This document shows positions 1 to 10,770 of a stretch of DNA of 64,000 bases, piece after piece; positions within the stretch are counted from its first letter, which is position 1, and each line of letters starts with the position of its first letter. This DNA is from Planctomycetota bacterium (GTDB lineage: Bacteria > Planctomycetota > UBA11346). The notes under the pieces were generated by a model. It made no database searches. It had not been told where the DNA came from and saw only the letters and a list, made by a program, of their open reading frames with translations. A program made the position numbers and the translations under genes. The stretch spans positions 1 to 64,000 of the forward strand of contig JBBQSO010000011.1 in assembly GCA_038213805.1 (NCBI GenBank), written 5' to 3'.

Positions 1-36
1 TGGACCGCATGGCGCGACGAGTCAACCATGTGGAAG

Positions 37-82
37 CGGTGCTACCCGACTTCCGGACTTCCGGACTTCCGGACTTCCGGAC
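37..82. repeat. 46-bp dispersed element, copy 1: CGGTGCTACCC head + (GACTTCCG)x4 + GAC
   Basis: Read directly; matches 32801-32846 at 45/46 positions. Confidence 0.95.
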
Positions 83-104
83 GGCGCCCGCCCCGGGCGC
101 CTGA

Positions 105-2396
105 GTGGCCATCGACGTCTTCAAAGGCATGAACGACTTCCAGCGCGAGGCCATCGCGCACCTGGAAGGGCCGCTGCTGGTGGTCGCGGGCGCAGGCTCG
201 GGCAAGACCCGCGTCATCACCCACCGCATCGCCAACATCATCCAGCACGGCGTGCGCCCGGACCGCGTCCTGGCCATCACCTTCACCAACAAGGCCGCGG
301 GCGAGATGCAGGAGCGCGTCGAGCGCCTGATGGGCCTCAAGACGCCGTGGATCACCACCTTCCACAGCGCCGGGCTGCGCCTGCTCAAGCTCGAGAGCGC
401 GCGCGTGGGCTTCGCCCATCCATTCTCGGTGATGGACGAGGACGACCAGAAGCGGCTCTACAAGCGCATCTTCAAAGAGCTCAAGCTCGACCCCAAGATG
501 GTCGACCCGCGCAAGATCATCTGGCGCATCAGCCAGTGGAAGAACCAGCTCGTCGACGTCGCGAAGTTCGAGCCCAATGACGACATCGACATCTGGGCGC
601 AGCAATGCCACGTCCTCTACGCGAAGCTCTGCCAGGAGGAGTGCCTGGTCGACTTCGACGACCTGCTGGTCAAGCCGGTGCGCCTGCTCGAGAACGACGA
701 GGAGCTGCGCCGCAAGTACGTCGACCGCTTCCCCTACATCCTGATCGACGAGTTCCAGGACACCAACCAGGTGCAGTACCGGCTGATCCGCCTGCTCGGC
801 AGCCACGGCAACATCTGCGCCACCGGCGACCCCGACCAGGCGATCTACGGCTGGCGCGGCGCCGACATCGAGAACATCCTCAACTTCGAGAAGGACTACG
901 ACCCCTGCAAGACGGTGCTGCTCGAGGAGAACTACCGTTCGACCAAGGTCATCCTGCGCGCCGCCCAGGGCGTGGTGTCGCACAACACCAAGCGCAAGGA
1001 CAAGACCATTCGGACCAACAACGATGAAGGCCGCCCGCTGCTGCTGCTCGCTGTCGATGACGAGGTCGACGAGAGCCTGGCGGTGGCCGCGGCCATCGAC
1101 CGCATGCAGCAGAAGCAGGGCCGGCACCTCTCGGACATGGCGGTGTTCTACCGCACCAACGCCCAGTCGCGCGTGCTTGAGGACGGCCTGCGCCGGCGTG
1201 GCATCCCCTACCGCATCGTCGGGGGCACGCGCTTTTACGACCGCCGCGAGGTCAAGGATCTGCTCGCCTATCTCAAGCTGCTGATCAACCCCGCCGACCG
1301 CGTCAGTCTTGAGCGCATCGCCAACATCCCCAAGCGCGGCCTGGGCGAGGCGACGCTGGAGCAGCTCTTCGGCATCGCCGACGACGAGGGCCTCGGCATC
1401 TACGAACTGCTCGAGGACGACGTGCTGCTTGATCGTGTCGCGGTCGGGCGCGCGGCCAAGCCGATGAAGGACCTGGCGCGCGTCTGGCGCCTGCTGCGCA
1501 AGCTGCCGCTCGGCAGCCCGTCGGCGTGCGTGCGCGGCGTCATCGAGCTGACCGGCCTCGAGCAGCACTACGTGGCCACCGAGGAGGCCGGCGAGGGCCA
1601 GGAGCGCATCGCCAACGTGCGCGAGGTCATCACCGCCGCCGAGCAGTACCACGAGAACCACCCCGAGGGCGGCCTGCCCGGCTTCCTTGAGCTGGTCGCG
1701 CTGGTCACCGATTCGCAGATCGTCGATCGCAGCGAGCAGCCTGATCAGGTGACGCTGATGACGCTGCACGGCGCCAAGGGCCTGGAATTCCGCTTCGTGT
1801 TCATCACCGGCTGCGAGGACGGCGTGCTGCCGCTGCAGCGCATGGGCCAGACCGCCGACCTGGAGGAGGAGCGCCGTCTGATGTACGTCGGCATCACGCG
1901 CGCGAAGGAGGAGCTGTACCTGAGCCGCGCGCGCTGCCGCATGCAGTACGGACAGACCTTCCGTAACGACCCCAGCCTGTTCCTCTCCGAGATCCCCGAG
2001 GACTGCTTCGAGACCAAGGACGCCAGCGGCCGCCGCATCCTACCTACGGGCGAAACCGTCAAGGGCAGCGCGCGCGTCGAGGCGCCCGGTACGCGCGTCC
2101 AGGAGCTGGTCGGCAAGGCCGCGCTCGACCGCGCCATGGCCATGGGCCTGACCACCGGCCTCGACCTGAAGGACGCTTCGCGCAAGGAGCGCAAGGCCTT
2201 CTACGACGCGCCGCTGGTGTTGGAGGGCGATCCCTATCAGCCCGGCGAGCGCATCCTGCACAGTATATTCGGCCCCGGCGAGGTGATGGCGATGAAGGGG
2301 CCGCAGGAGAACCGCACCATACTCATTCAATTTGACGTGCACGGCGCGAAGGAGCTGCAGATGTCGTTCGCGGCGGGGAAATTGTCCAAGGCGTAG
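105..2396 (+). CDS. pcrA: ATP-dependent DNA helicase PcrA/UvrD (SF1A)
   Basis: AGAGSGKT Walker A, DEFQDTN, GDPDQAIYGWRGA, ENYRS, TLHGAKGLEF, EERRLMYVGITRA; C-terminal Tudor-like tail. Confidence 0.95.
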   Translation: MAIDVFKGMNDFQREAIAHLEGPLLVVAGAGSGKTRVITHRIANIIQHGVRPDRVLAITFTNKAAGEMQERVERLMGLKTPWITTFHSAGLRLLKLESARVGFAHPFSVMDEDDQKRLYKRIFKELKLDPKMVDPRKIIWRISQWKNQLVDVAKFEPNDDIDIWAQQCHVLYAKLCQEECLVDFDDLLVKPVRLLENDEELRRKYVDRFPYILIDEFQDTNQVQYRLIRLLGSHGNICATGDPDQAIYGWRGADIENILNFEKDYDPCKTVLLEENYRSTKVILRAAQGVVSHNTKRKDKTIRTNNDEGRPLLLLAVDDEVDESLAVAAAIDRMQQKQGRHLSDMAVFYRTNAQSRVLEDGLRRRGIPYRIVGGTRFYDRREVKDLLAYLKLLINPADRVSLERIANIPKRGLGEATLEQLFGIADDEGLGIYELLEDDVLLDRVAVGRAAKPMKDLARVWRLLRKLPLGSPSACVRGVIELTGLEQHYVATEEAGEGQERIANVREVITAAEQYHENHPEGGLPGFLELVALVTDSQIVDRSEQPDQVTLMTLHGAKGLEFRFVFITGCEDGVLPLQRMGQTADLEEERRLMYVGITRAKEELYLSRARCRMQYGQTFRNDPSLFLSEIPEDCFETKDASGRRILPTGETVKGSARVEAPGTRVQELVGKAALDRAMAMGLTTGLDLKDASRKERKAFYDAPLVLEGDPYQPGERILHSIFGPGEVMAMKGPQENRTILIQFDVHGAKELQMSFAAGKLSKA

Positions 2397-2662
2397 GGGA
2401 ACGGGTCGCTGGCCTTCGCCGGCCGCGACCAACGCGGGCGACCTCAAGTTCTTTCCAAGGACAACAGTGTTGCTGGGCACCTGCAAACGCCGCCGAGATG
2501 TTCGCAATAAAACCCCATGACGGCGGCCCACTGGGACGCCGTCACATCGGGCATACTGCTTGGCAGTCGTTGCAGCGTCCGCTGGACGTTCCTAGCGCAG
2601 GCCGACGGACGGGACGGTCACGTTGGTGCTGGTGCATGGCGGGCGGTCGGCCTACCCTGCTG

Positions 2663-3139
2663 ATGATGCCGACCAGCAACGATCAGCGCGCTGTGGCCTG
2701 CGCCAGTCGATCCAGATGGACCGCTTGGCCGTTGGCGATCCTCGCGGTCGTGCTGCTCCAGTCCTGCGGGGACTCCGCGCCGCGCGTGGTCGACGCCTCG
2801 CCGCCCATCTCCGGGCGGCTGTCGTGGGCGATCGCCGCCAAGCACTTCTCATACTACGCCACACGTGCTCAGCTGCCGTGTGGTATCTACTTTGATGCCA
2901 AACCGGGCTTCACCGGCGTGGCCTCGTTCGTCGGGACCATCGGCGGCCGGCAGGGGGACTCGCCCTCGGGGCGCGCCTTCATCGTCTCGCCCGAGGTCGA
3001 GTCCGGTGACATCTACCTCTACCGGTTTTTCCTCGACGGACGGGCCACTGCAGCGGGCAAGATGAAGGTCACGGGCACCGAAGATGGCGGCGTGCTAGCG
3101 GTCAACGAGATCGAGCCGGATCCGCCCGTGGAGCCCTGA
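2663..3139 (+). CDS. Hypothetical lipoprotein
   Basis: Hydrophobic stretch ending in lipobox-like LLQSC; start uncertain. Confidence 0.55.
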   Translation: MMPTSNDQRAVACASRSRWTAWPLAILAVVLLQSCGDSAPRVVDASPPISGRLSWAIAAKHFSYYATRAQLPCGIYFDAKPGFTGVASFVGTIGGRQGDSPSGRAFIVSPEVESGDIYLYRFFLDGRATAAGKMKVTGTEDGGVLAVNEIEPDPPVEP

Positions 3140-3231
3140 TCCGCGCCGCCCGTACGGGCGTGGCGCCGGTCTGCGGCAGCGTCTGGGCGCTGGACTTGCC
3201 CGTTCCGCGAGGGCTTCCATGCTGTGCGCCG

Positions 3232-4842
3232 ATGGCCAGCGATCAGGAGCCGATGATGACTGACGCCGGAGCTGCTGAGCGTCGCGCCGCAAGCTTCTGG
3301 AAGGATCCGGTCTCGTGGCTGCTCATCGCCGTGGCCTTGGCGGCACTGCTGAGCATCGCACTGTGCATCGCGCGCTCTATTGCGGTGTTCGGCGACATGC
3401 GCTTGTTCGCCACCAGCGGCGGTGAGGGCGTGGCCATCCACTCGGTGTGGAAGGCCGCGCACGGTGGCACCGTCTACCTGCCGCCTGGTCAAGGTGTCTA
3501 CGAGAGCGCGTTCTACAATTTCCTGTTTTATGACGGCTATGGCGGATTCTGCGCGCTGATCGGTGCTGATGACGATGCCCTGGTCGCAGCCTCCAGACTG
3601 CTCACCTGCGCCGCCGGACTACTCGGCGCTTTCGCGCAGTGGCGCGTGCTCGGACTGCTGCTGCCTGGTCCATGCAGCACGCGAGAGCGGTGGTTGCTGG
3701 CCGGGCTGGTCGCGCTGACCTGGTACGGCTCATCGTTCATGAACTGGTGGTTGTTCACCGTGCGACCGGACGTCCCGGCGGTGAGTCTGGCCATGGTCGG
3801 ACTGTGGCTGGCCTTGCGCGCGCTGCGTCGCCGCTCGCCGTGGTCAGCCGCGCTCGCGGCTTTGCCTTTCTACGGCGCCTGGGCGCTGAAGCAGTCCGTG
3901 GTCTGGATGCTGTCTGGCGCCGTGCTCGGCGGTTTCCTCAAGCGGCCGACGCGCTGGACCGCGGTCAGTCTGGCGCTGCTCATGTTCATCGCCTTCGGCG
4001 CGACCATGGCGCTCGGCTCCGTGGCCTACCGCTACCAGGTGTTTTACGCCCCGAGCCTGGACGCGATCGTGGTCGGCGATGCGCTCTTCCGTTTCCAGCA
4101 GTTGCTGCCGCCCCTGCTGCTGTTCTGGTTCTTCGCCATCCTGCCGGCGCTGCTGCGCCTGCGTCCGTCCATGGCCGGGCGGCTTGCCGCGCTGCCGGCC
4201 GAGCAGGCCGAGACTTGGCGTACGGTCGCCATCGCCTGCCTGATCGCGGTGGGCATGGGTATCATCGCCCTGGGCAAGGACGGCTCCGGCCGCAATCACC
4301 TCATGGAGGCGGTCGTGCTGGTCTCGACGCTGGCCGCCGCCAGCCTGGTGCGCGTACTGCGCATGGAGCCCGGCAGGTTGCGCACCGGGCTGATGGTCTG
4401 CGCCGTCGCCCTGGCCGTGATGCTGGGCGGACGGCCGAACAATTCGTTGTTCCTCGATCCGACCGGAATCAGGCGCGGCGATGCCGACGACGTGGCCTGG
4501 CACCGCACGCTGCAGGAGGTGCTCGCCTCCGCGCCGAAGCCGGCGTTCGTCAGCGACGACATCCTGGCCCAGCCCTGGTACGCGAACGAGGGCCGTTATC
4601 CGGGCAACGTGCCGGATCTGATCTTCTACCAGACCTGCCGGCGCAAGGGGCTGACCAGCGAGGGCGGGTTTGGCTACCTGGTCGCGCACCAGCAGATCAG
4701 TGCGATCCTGGTCGGCCGCAGCCCGGCGCTGGACGAGGATCTGCTGGGGCCTGCAGAGCGCGCAGGCTGGACGGCGCGACCACTGCCCGAGACGCTGGCC
4801 AAGGCGGGCATCGTATACATGGTCGCGCCCGTCGCTCACTGA
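3232..4842 (+). CDS. Polytopic membrane protein, GT-C fold glycosyltransferase-like (ArnT/PMT-like)
   Basis: Many TM segments, loop motif RPD, ALKQS motif, soluble C-terminal domain. Confidence 0.65.
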   Translation: MASDQEPMMTDAGAAERRAASFWKDPVSWLLIAVALAALLSIALCIARSIAVFGDMRLFATSGGEGVAIHSVWKAAHGGTVYLPPGQGVYESAFYNFLFYDGYGGFCALIGADDDALVAASRLLTCAAGLLGAFAQWRVLGLLLPGPCSTRERWLLAGLVALTWYGSSFMNWWLFTVRPDVPAVSLAMVGLWLALRALRRRSPWSAALAALPFYGAWALKQSVVWMLSGAVLGGFLKRPTRWTAVSLALLMFIAFGATMALGSVAYRYQVFYAPSLDAIVVGDALFRFQQLLPPLLLFWFFAILPALLRLRPSMAGRLAALPAEQAETWRTVAIACLIAVGMGIIALGKDGSGRNHLMEAVVLVSTLAAASLVRVLRMEPGRLRTGLMVCAVALAVMLGGRPNNSLFLDPTGIRRGDADDVAWHRTLQEVLASAPKPAFVSDDILAQPWYANEGRYPGNVPDLIFYQTCRRKGLTSEGGFGYLVAHQQISAILVGRSPALDEDLLGPAERAGWTARPLPETLAKAGIVYMVAPVAH

Positions 4843-4923
4843 GGGGTTGGCTGAGCGGAGCCTTATCGTTGGATTGAATTCAGGTCGCAGCGGTGGCACC
4901 GCGCATTGGCGATGTGCGGAGTC

Positions 4924-5030
4924 GCCATCAGCCATCAGCCATCAGCCATCAGCTATCAGCTATCAGCTATCAGCCATCAGCCATCAGCCATCAGCCATCA
5001 GCCATCAGCCATCAGCTATCAGCTATCAGC
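4924..5030. repeat. Heptamer tandem array GC(C/T)ATCA x15
   Basis: Units counted as 4xGCCATCA, 3xGCTATCA, 6xGCCATCA, 2xGCTATCA. Confidence 0.98.
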
Positions 5031-7221
5031 GCCCATCGACGTTCTGTTCCAACTGCCGCGTCAACTCTGCGGGAGTCGTCACCGCGGTTAGGCAGCGCCT
5101 GCCAATGCACAGATAGGCCGTCGCCTGCCCGCCGCTGCGCGGCATCGGCACGATCGCGGGAAAGCGCTGGCGCAGGGCAGCGAGTTCGGGCCCGTCGTCG
5201 AGGATCAGGATGCGCAGCCGCGGACGCAGTCCCGCGGCTGCGGCGGCGAGCAGCGCGCGCGTGGCGGGCTGCGCGGGATCGCCCATGATGGTCAGGTGCG
5301 CAGCGTCGCCAAGCGCCTCATCGAGTGCGCCGAGCAGCGCGGGATGGCCCTCGGGATCCGCCGCACCGCGTCGGCGCGCTCCCGCCAGCAAGCGCGTGAC
5401 GCGTGCCTGCCAGATGTCGTCCTCAGTGAGCGCGGTCAGCACTAGCAGGTTGCGCGTGGCGACCGCGTCCGCGGACGGCTCCGCGCCATCGCCATCATCG
5501 TGCAGGCGTGCAACCAGCCCGGTGACGCGTGCGTCCGCGCTGGCGTAGCCGCCGGCGGCCTCGTCCCAGAATTGGCGGTCGAGCACGTCCTGAAGTTCGA
5601 CGGCCCAGGCCAGCCAGCGCAGGCCCGCGCCGGCCTGGTGCAGGGCGAGCAGTCCGCGGATCAGGCAGGCGTAGTCGCTGGCGGTGCCGGCCGCGGTCTG
5701 GCGGTTGAAGCCGGTGCGCGCCAGGAACACGCCCGACTGCCAGTGGCTGGCGCGCAGCGCCTCGGCCGCAGCCACCGCCGCGGCGAGCGCACGCGGTTCG
5801 CCCAGCATCATCCCTGCGCGCGCCAGGGCAGCGATCATCAACCCGTTCCACGCCGCCACGGCCTGATCGTCACGCGCCGGGCGCGGGCGGGACTGGCGCG
5901 CCGCAAGCAGGCGGGCGCGGGCTGTCGCGAAGGCCGCCGCATCGGCCTCTGGCACCGGTGCGGTGAGCGCCAGGACGTTCAATCCGGCGAGTTCATGCTG
6001 GCGGTCGAGGGCGGGCGAGACGTTCCCGGCCGGCGCGATGCCGTAGGCAGCAAAGATCAGCGGCGTCAGGCGCTCGCCATCACCGCCCGCGCCGAGCACC
6101 TTTGCTACCGCGGCCGCGCTCCAGGTGTAGAACGCGCCTTCGCCGTGCTCACCGGGGCGGTCGGGGCGCTCGCTGTCGGCGTCCTCGGCAGCTGCGAAGC
6201 TGCCGTCCGCGCGGCGCAGGTTGCCCAGCACGTAATCGACGATGTCGAGCGCCACGGCGCGCCACGCTGGATCGCCGCTCAGCGCCCAGGCGTCGAGGTA
6301 GCTGTCGAGCAGCTGCGCCTGGTCGTAGAGCATCTTCTCGAAATGCGGCACGCGCCAGGCGGCGTCGACGGCGTAGCGGTGGAAGCCGCCGCCGAGCTGG
6401 TCGTGGATGCCGCCCGCCGCCAACGCGGCCCAGGTGGTCCGGCACATGCCGAGCAGCCGCTCGCGCTCTGCAGGCAGGCGCGCGGCCAGGCGCACCAGCA
6501 GGTCGAGACTGGCGGGACGCGGGAATTTTGGCGCGCCACCGAAACCGCCGTGCACGGTGTCGAAGCGTGCGGTGAAGGCCGCGGCCGCGGCCGAGAACAA
6601 CGCGCCGTCGCCGTCCGCGGAGGGGTCCTGCGTCTGGCCGCCGCGCGCGCCGTAATCCACCAGGGTCTTCACCACGTCCTCGGCCTGCGCGGTGAGCTCG
6701 CCGCGGCGCTCTTTCCAGGCTGCGGCGAAGCGCGTCAGGTTGTCCTTCAGTAGTGCCGGCGGGAAGTAGGTGCCGCCGACCAGTGGACGGCGTTCCGGGG
6801 TCAGCCACACGGTCAGCGGCCAGCCACCGCTGCCAGTCGCGGCCTGGACGAAGGTCTGGTAGAGCTGGTCGACGTCCGGGCGTTCCTCGCGATCGACCTT
6901 GATGCACACGTACCGCTCGTTGAGAAGCGCTGCGATCGCGGGATCGCTGAAGCTCTCGCGCGCCATGACGTGGCACCAGTGGCAGGTCGCATAGCCGATC
7001 GAGAGCAGCACCGGCTTGCCTGCTGCCGCGGCCTCGGCGAAGGCTGCGTCGCCCCATGGGCGCCAGTGCACCGGATTTTCCGCGTGGCTGCGCAGGTAGG
7101 GGCTGGGCGCGTCCGCGAGCAGGTTGGCGGCCGGCAGCGCGCCCGGGGCGGCATCCGCGGCGGGCAACGCCGGCCAGCAGCCGGCGCAGGCGGCGAGCAG
7201 GGCGGCGAGATGCGTGCTCAC
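5026..7221 (-). CDS. YyaL/SSP411 (DUF255) thioredoxin-domain + (alpha/alpha)6 barrel protein
   Basis: [56 protein letters not shown] at 7221 overlaps the upstream TGA. Confidence 0.9.
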   Translation of the reverse strand: MSTHLAALLAACAGCWPALPAADAAPGALPAANLLADAPSPYLRSHAENPVHWRPWGDAAFAEAAAAGKPVLLSIGYATCHWCHVMARESFSDPAIAALLNERYVCIKVDREERPDVDQLYQTFVQAATGSGGWPLTVWLTPERRPLVGGTYFPPALLKDNLTRFAAAWKERRGELTAQAEDVVKTLVDYGARGGQTQDPSADGDGALFSAAAAAFTARFDTVHGGFGGAPKFPRPASLDLLVRLAARLPAERERLLGMCRTTWAALAAGGIHDQLGGGFHRYAVDAAWRVPHFEKMLYDQAQLLDSYLDAWALSGDPAWRAVALDIVDYVLGNLRRADGSFAAAEDADSERPDRPGEHGEGAFYTWSAAAVAKVLGAGGDGERLTPLIFAAYGIAPAGNVSPALDRQHELAGLNVLALTAPVPEADAAAFATARARLLAARQSRPRPARDDQAVAAWNGLMIAALARAGMMLGEPRALAAAVAAAEALRASHWQSGVFLARTGFNRQTAAGTASDYACLIRGLLALHQAGAGLRWLAWAVELQDVLDRQFWDEAAGGYASADARVTGLVARLHDDGDGAEPSADAVATRNLLVLTALTEDDIWQARVTRLLAGARRRGAADPEGHPALLGALDEALGDAAHLTIMGDPAQPATRALLAAAAAGLRPRLRILILDDGPELAALRQRFPAIVPMPRSGGQATAYLCIGRRCLTAVTTPAELTRQLEQNVDGR

Positions 7222-8177
7222 CGCACGGCTGCGGCACGGCGACCGTATACCGTGTCCGGCCAGCGTTTGGCGATCTGCGGCAAAGCGGCCTTGCCTGCCG
7301 CCTGGTCGGCAGGCTTGAGCGAAGCGAGCAGCGTCTGACAGGAGTGGAACGCGGTGCGCGCAGCGAGCTCGGGTTTGATGGCCTTGTCCTTGCCCAGCTC
7401 CTTGAGCCGTTCCTGCGCATCCTTGAGCTCGAGGCCCTGCCCTTCCCCGAGGAGGTTCTCGAGCGCTTCGTAGGTAACGAACGTGCCAGGTGCGGCGACC
7501 AGCTCCGCGGCGCGCGTCGTGAAGCTGTCGCTGACGGTGGCAAGCACGCCCTGCAACTGGTCCTGGACCGGCGATTTGGTCTTGGCGGCGCTGACCAGGC
7601 TGCGGACCGCATCCGGTCGCTGGCGCTCGACCTGCCACCACACCTCTTTCACGCGCTCATCGCTGAGCCCGGGGGCGGGATAGCGGAACGCACCCGCCTC
7701 CTTGCTGGTGAAAAAAGTCTCGAAGGTCGCGGCTGGCGTGTTCCAGGCCAACTCCGCACGTTCGCGATGATCGCCGCCGTAGGCGCCGACCTGGTAGACG
7801 TTCTGCAAGCTGATGCGCTGGCCGTTGACCGGATCGCTGGCCCACAGCGCGTGGTCCATGTGGTAGCTGCGCTCGCGGTTGAGGGCGAGGGCCTCGGCAG
7901 GTCCGAGATCCGGAGTGGCGAGGACCAGGGTCATCGGCACCTTGCGGGTCTCGATGAAGTCGTAGAGCCCCTTGATCTGCTTGCCGAGATAGGCCGCGGC
8001 AGTCGGGCAGTGCCCGCAGAAGTACACCACGGTCACGCCCTGGTCGGGGAAGTCGGCGAAGGAGCGCGTCTTGCCGTCGCTGAAGCGCAGATCGGCGAGC
8101 GGATCGGCGGCGTCCAGGTGGGCGGTGGCGACCAGCAGAGATGCAGCCATGAGGGTGGCGAAGGCGGCGTTGCGCAT
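7218..8177 (-). CDS. Exported redoxin/thioredoxin-like protein
   Basis: Signal peptide, YFCGHCP (CxxC) motif, helical C-terminal part. Confidence 0.7.
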   Translation of the reverse strand: MRNAAFATLMAASLLVATAHLDAADPLADLRFSDGKTRSFADFPDQGVTVVYFCGHCPTAAAYLGKQIKGLYDFIETRKVPMTLVLATPDLGPAEALALNRERSYHMDHALWASDPVNGQRISLQNVYQVGAYGGDHRERAELAWNTPAATFETFFTSKEAGAFRYPAPGLSDERVKEVWWQVERQRPDAVRSLVSAAKTKSPVQDQLQGVLATVSDSFTTRAAELVAAPGTFVTYEALENLLGEGQGLELKDAQERLKELGKDKAIKPELAARTAFHSCQTLLASLKPADQAAGKAALPQIAKRWPDTVYGRRAAAVR

Positions 8178-8376
8178 GGCTGGGGCTCCGGGACGTGGCT
8201 GGCCAGCCTAGGCCGCGAATCCTCGCGCGCCACCGCCAGCCGACGACCCGCCGCAGCCTGGGGGCGCACCACCGCCCCGCGGCGTCCGAAGCGGTGGGCG
8301 CTTGTCCGCGGCCGCGCCGGCCCATGGTGCGCAGCATGTCCGGCCCGCCCGCACGTCGCGAACGCGCAACCAGCCC

Positions 8377-10575
8377 ATGAATCCTCCGACCATCGCGCTG
8401 GTCCCGCCCGCCTCCAGCACGCCTGTGCGTTCTCCCGGCCAGCGCCTGGGCGCCGCGCTGGTCTCGCCGCGTGGCATCCTGCTGGTCATCCCACTGCTGG
8501 TGGCCCTCGCCGGCTTCGCCAACCTGGTCACTGGCAGCGCCATCCTGACGCGCAGCCTCGACGAGCTGGTGCGCGTGCGCTTCTCCGACCAGGCCGACCA
8601 CCTCGCCGACCTGGTGCGCACCAGCCTGGTGCGCGCGCAGACCAAGCTCGCCTGGTTCCACGCCCTGCTCGACGAGCAGGGCGCCGCGGTCGACCGCGGC
8701 GCCCTCGCCCGGCACCTCCAGCGCGCCATGAAGGAGAACGCCAGCATCGCCTACATGAGCCTTTCGCGCGCCGACGGTTCCTTCCAGGCCGCGCTACGCC
8801 GCCAGGATGACGGCACACTGCACTGGCAGGAGAGCAGCGCGCCGACCGCCACGGCGACCGGCCAGGACCAGATCTTCGCGCTCGACGCGCAGGGCGCGAT
8901 CGGTGCTGGCGAGCCGCCCACGCCAACCGCCTACGATCCGCGCCAGCGCCCGTTCTACATCCTCGCCCAGCAGCGCCGCGCGCGCATCTGGACCGAGCCC
9001 TACCTGTTCTACCGCAGTGCGGTGACCGGGGTGAGTTGCGCCGAGCCGTGGTACGCCGCGGACGGCAGCCTGCGTGGCGTGCTGACCATCGACTTCGATC
9101 TCGACAGCATGAGCCTTGGGCTGGCCGCGCTGCACAATCTTCCGGACTCGCGCAGCGCGCTGTTCCAGCGCTCGGGCGCGCTGCTCGCGGGCGCCGGGCC
9201 CGGCATGCACCCGCCGGCGCGCGCCGACGGTGCGGCCGTCAACCGCGCCCTGGCCAGCCTCGGTGACTGTCCGGATCCGCTCGCCCGCGAGCTGCTGGTG
9301 CAGGTGATCTCGCACGGCACCGACCATCCTGGCACGCGCATGTCCGGGATGCTGCAGCACCCGCAGGACGGTCCGGTGCTGTTCGAGATCGTGCCCTGTC
9401 CGGTCGGCGACGAGCAGCTGTGGTGGCTGGGCAGCTATGCGCCGCGCGAAGCCCTGCTCGGTCCGGTCAAGGAGCTGCGCACGCGCGGCCTGGTCATCGC
9501 CCTGGCCTCGGTGCTCATTGCCGGCGCCCTCGCCAGCGCCTTTGCGCGCCACGTGGTGCGCACCGAGCAGGCGCACGCCGCGGCGCGGCGCGCGGTCAGG
9601 GTCGCCGAAAGCCGCGCCGACGAGCTCGGCGCCTACCGCCTGCTCAAGAAGCTCGGCGAAGGTGGCATGGGCGAGGTGTGGCGCGCCGAGCACCGCCAAC
9701 TCGCGCGCCCGGCGGCGATAAAACTCATCCGCGCCCAGCTCGGCGGTTCCGACGCCAGCAGCGAGCACATCCAGCGCTTCGAGCGCGAAGCCCAGGCCAT
9801 CGCCAGCCTGCGCAGCAGCCACACCATCGATCTCTACGACTTTGGTGTCGCTGCCGATGGCGGGTTGTTCTACGTCATGGAGCTGCTCGACGGTCTCGAC
9901 CTCGACGACCTGGTCGCACGCTTCGGCCCCCAGCCGGCCGGCCGGGTGATCAGGGTCCTGGTGCAGATCTGCTCATCGCTGGGCGAGGCGCACGCGCGCG
10001 GGCTGATCCACCGCGACATCAAGCCAGCCAACGTCTACCTGTGCCGCCAGGCCGACGAGGTCGACGTGGTCAAGGTGCTCGATTTCGGCCTGGTTCTGGC
10101 CAACGAGAAGGTCAGCGGCCAGGAGCGGCTGACCAATTCCGGCCTGGTCCATGGCACGCCGGCGTACATGGCGCCGGAGCAGGCCCAGGGCGATGCACTC
10201 GACGGTCGCGCCGACCTGTATGCGCTGGGCTGCGTCGCCTACTGGCTGCTGACCGGTGAGACGGTGTTCGCGGACAAGGGCACCATGCAGCAGATCATCA
10301 GCCACGTCGAGCGCCCGCCGCGGCCGCTGGCCGAGGTGGTGAAACATCCGCTGCCGCCCGGACTGGCCGAGATCATCATGGGCTGCCTGGCCAAGGATCC
10401 GGCGCAGCGGCCGCGCGACGCCAAGGCCCTCGCGGATGCCCTGCGCGCCGTGGCGTGCGCCGGCGCCGACGCCTGGACCGACGCCGAGGCGCAGCGCTGG
10501 TGGGCGGCCAACATACCGCTCGCCGACTTCAGCCGCCCGATCAACCCGGATGCGGCGTCGATGCGGCGGCGGTAG
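8377..10575 (+). CDS. Membrane Ser/Thr protein kinase with extracytoplasmic Cache-like domain
   Basis: TM-(YDPRQRPFY/WTEPY Cache motifs)-TM followed by GEGGMGEV, AIK, HRDIKPAN, DFG, GTPAYMAPE. Confidence 0.9.
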   Translation: MNPPTIALVPPASSTPVRSPGQRLGAALVSPRGILLVIPLLVALAGFANLVTGSAILTRSLDELVRVRFSDQADHLADLVRTSLVRAQTKLAWFHALLDEQGAAVDRGALARHLQRAMKENASIAYMSLSRADGSFQAALRRQDDGTLHWQESSAPTATATGQDQIFALDAQGAIGAGEPPTPTAYDPRQRPFYILAQQRRARIWTEPYLFYRSAVTGVSCAEPWYAADGSLRGVLTIDFDLDSMSLGLAALHNLPDSRSALFQRSGALLAGAGPGMHPPARADGAAVNRALASLGDCPDPLARELLVQVISHGTDHPGTRMSGMLQHPQDGPVLFEIVPCPVGDEQLWWLGSYAPREALLGPVKELRTRGLVIALASVLIAGALASAFARHVVRTEQAHAAARRAVRVAESRADELGAYRLLKKLGEGGMGEVWRAEHRQLARPAAIKLIRAQLGGSDASSEHIQRFEREAQAIASLRSSHTIDLYDFGVAADGGLFYVMELLDGLDLDDLVARFGPQPAGRVIRVLVQICSSLGEAHARGLIHRDIKPANVYLCRQADEVDVVKVLDFGLVLANEKVSGQERLTNSGLVHGTPAYMAPEQAQGDALDGRADLYALGCVAYWLLTGETVFADKGTMQQIISHVERPPRPLAEVVKHPLPPGLAEIIMGCLAKDPAQRPRDAKALADALRAVACAGADAWTDAEAQRWWAANIPLADFSRPINPDAASMRRR

Positions 10576-10604
10576 ACCCCGGGCGGGTCGTGGGCTCCAG
10601 GAGT

Positions 10605-10750
10605 GTGCGGAGTGCGGAGTGACCAGGGTGCGGTTGCTGATTGCCGGCTCGACGGCCGCAATACCTCACGTGGTCGATGATCGGGAATGGCGGAGCTGGT
10701 GGTGACCACCGTCAACGGTCACTCGGCACTCCGCACTCCGCACTCCGCAC
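10605..10750. repeat. Inverted heptamer arrays (GCGGAGT / ACTCCGC) around a 92-bp core
   Basis: 10605-10624 pairs with 10717-10736 (19/20); right arm continues to 10750. Confidence 0.85.
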
Positions 10751-10770
10751 CAGTCAAACCCGGCCCCAGT

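Noticed and set aside
42..1769. 575-aa minus-strand ORF, and other long antisense ORFs such as 16067-17968, 26147-28588 and 43569-45845
   Set aside because: Shadow frames of well-supported genes in high-GC DNA; no recognisable motifs.
2404..2544. Hairpins downstream of pcrA (2404-2430, 2518-2544) as an ncRNA
   Set aside because: Short GC stems are expected by chance and there is no recognisable family motif.
4913..4922. TGTGCGGAGT shared with 10604-10613
   Set aside because: A 10-bp match is too short to separate from chance.
4924..5030. Possible CRISPR array
   Set aside because: Contiguous 7-mers with no spacers, and no cas genes in the window.
7222..7641. Long N-terminal extensions in the ORF track (yyaL, pnp, STK, gatB, GH63, etc.)
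   Set aside because: They overlap neighbouring genes or promoters; downstream starts fit family N-termini and stop/start overlaps better.
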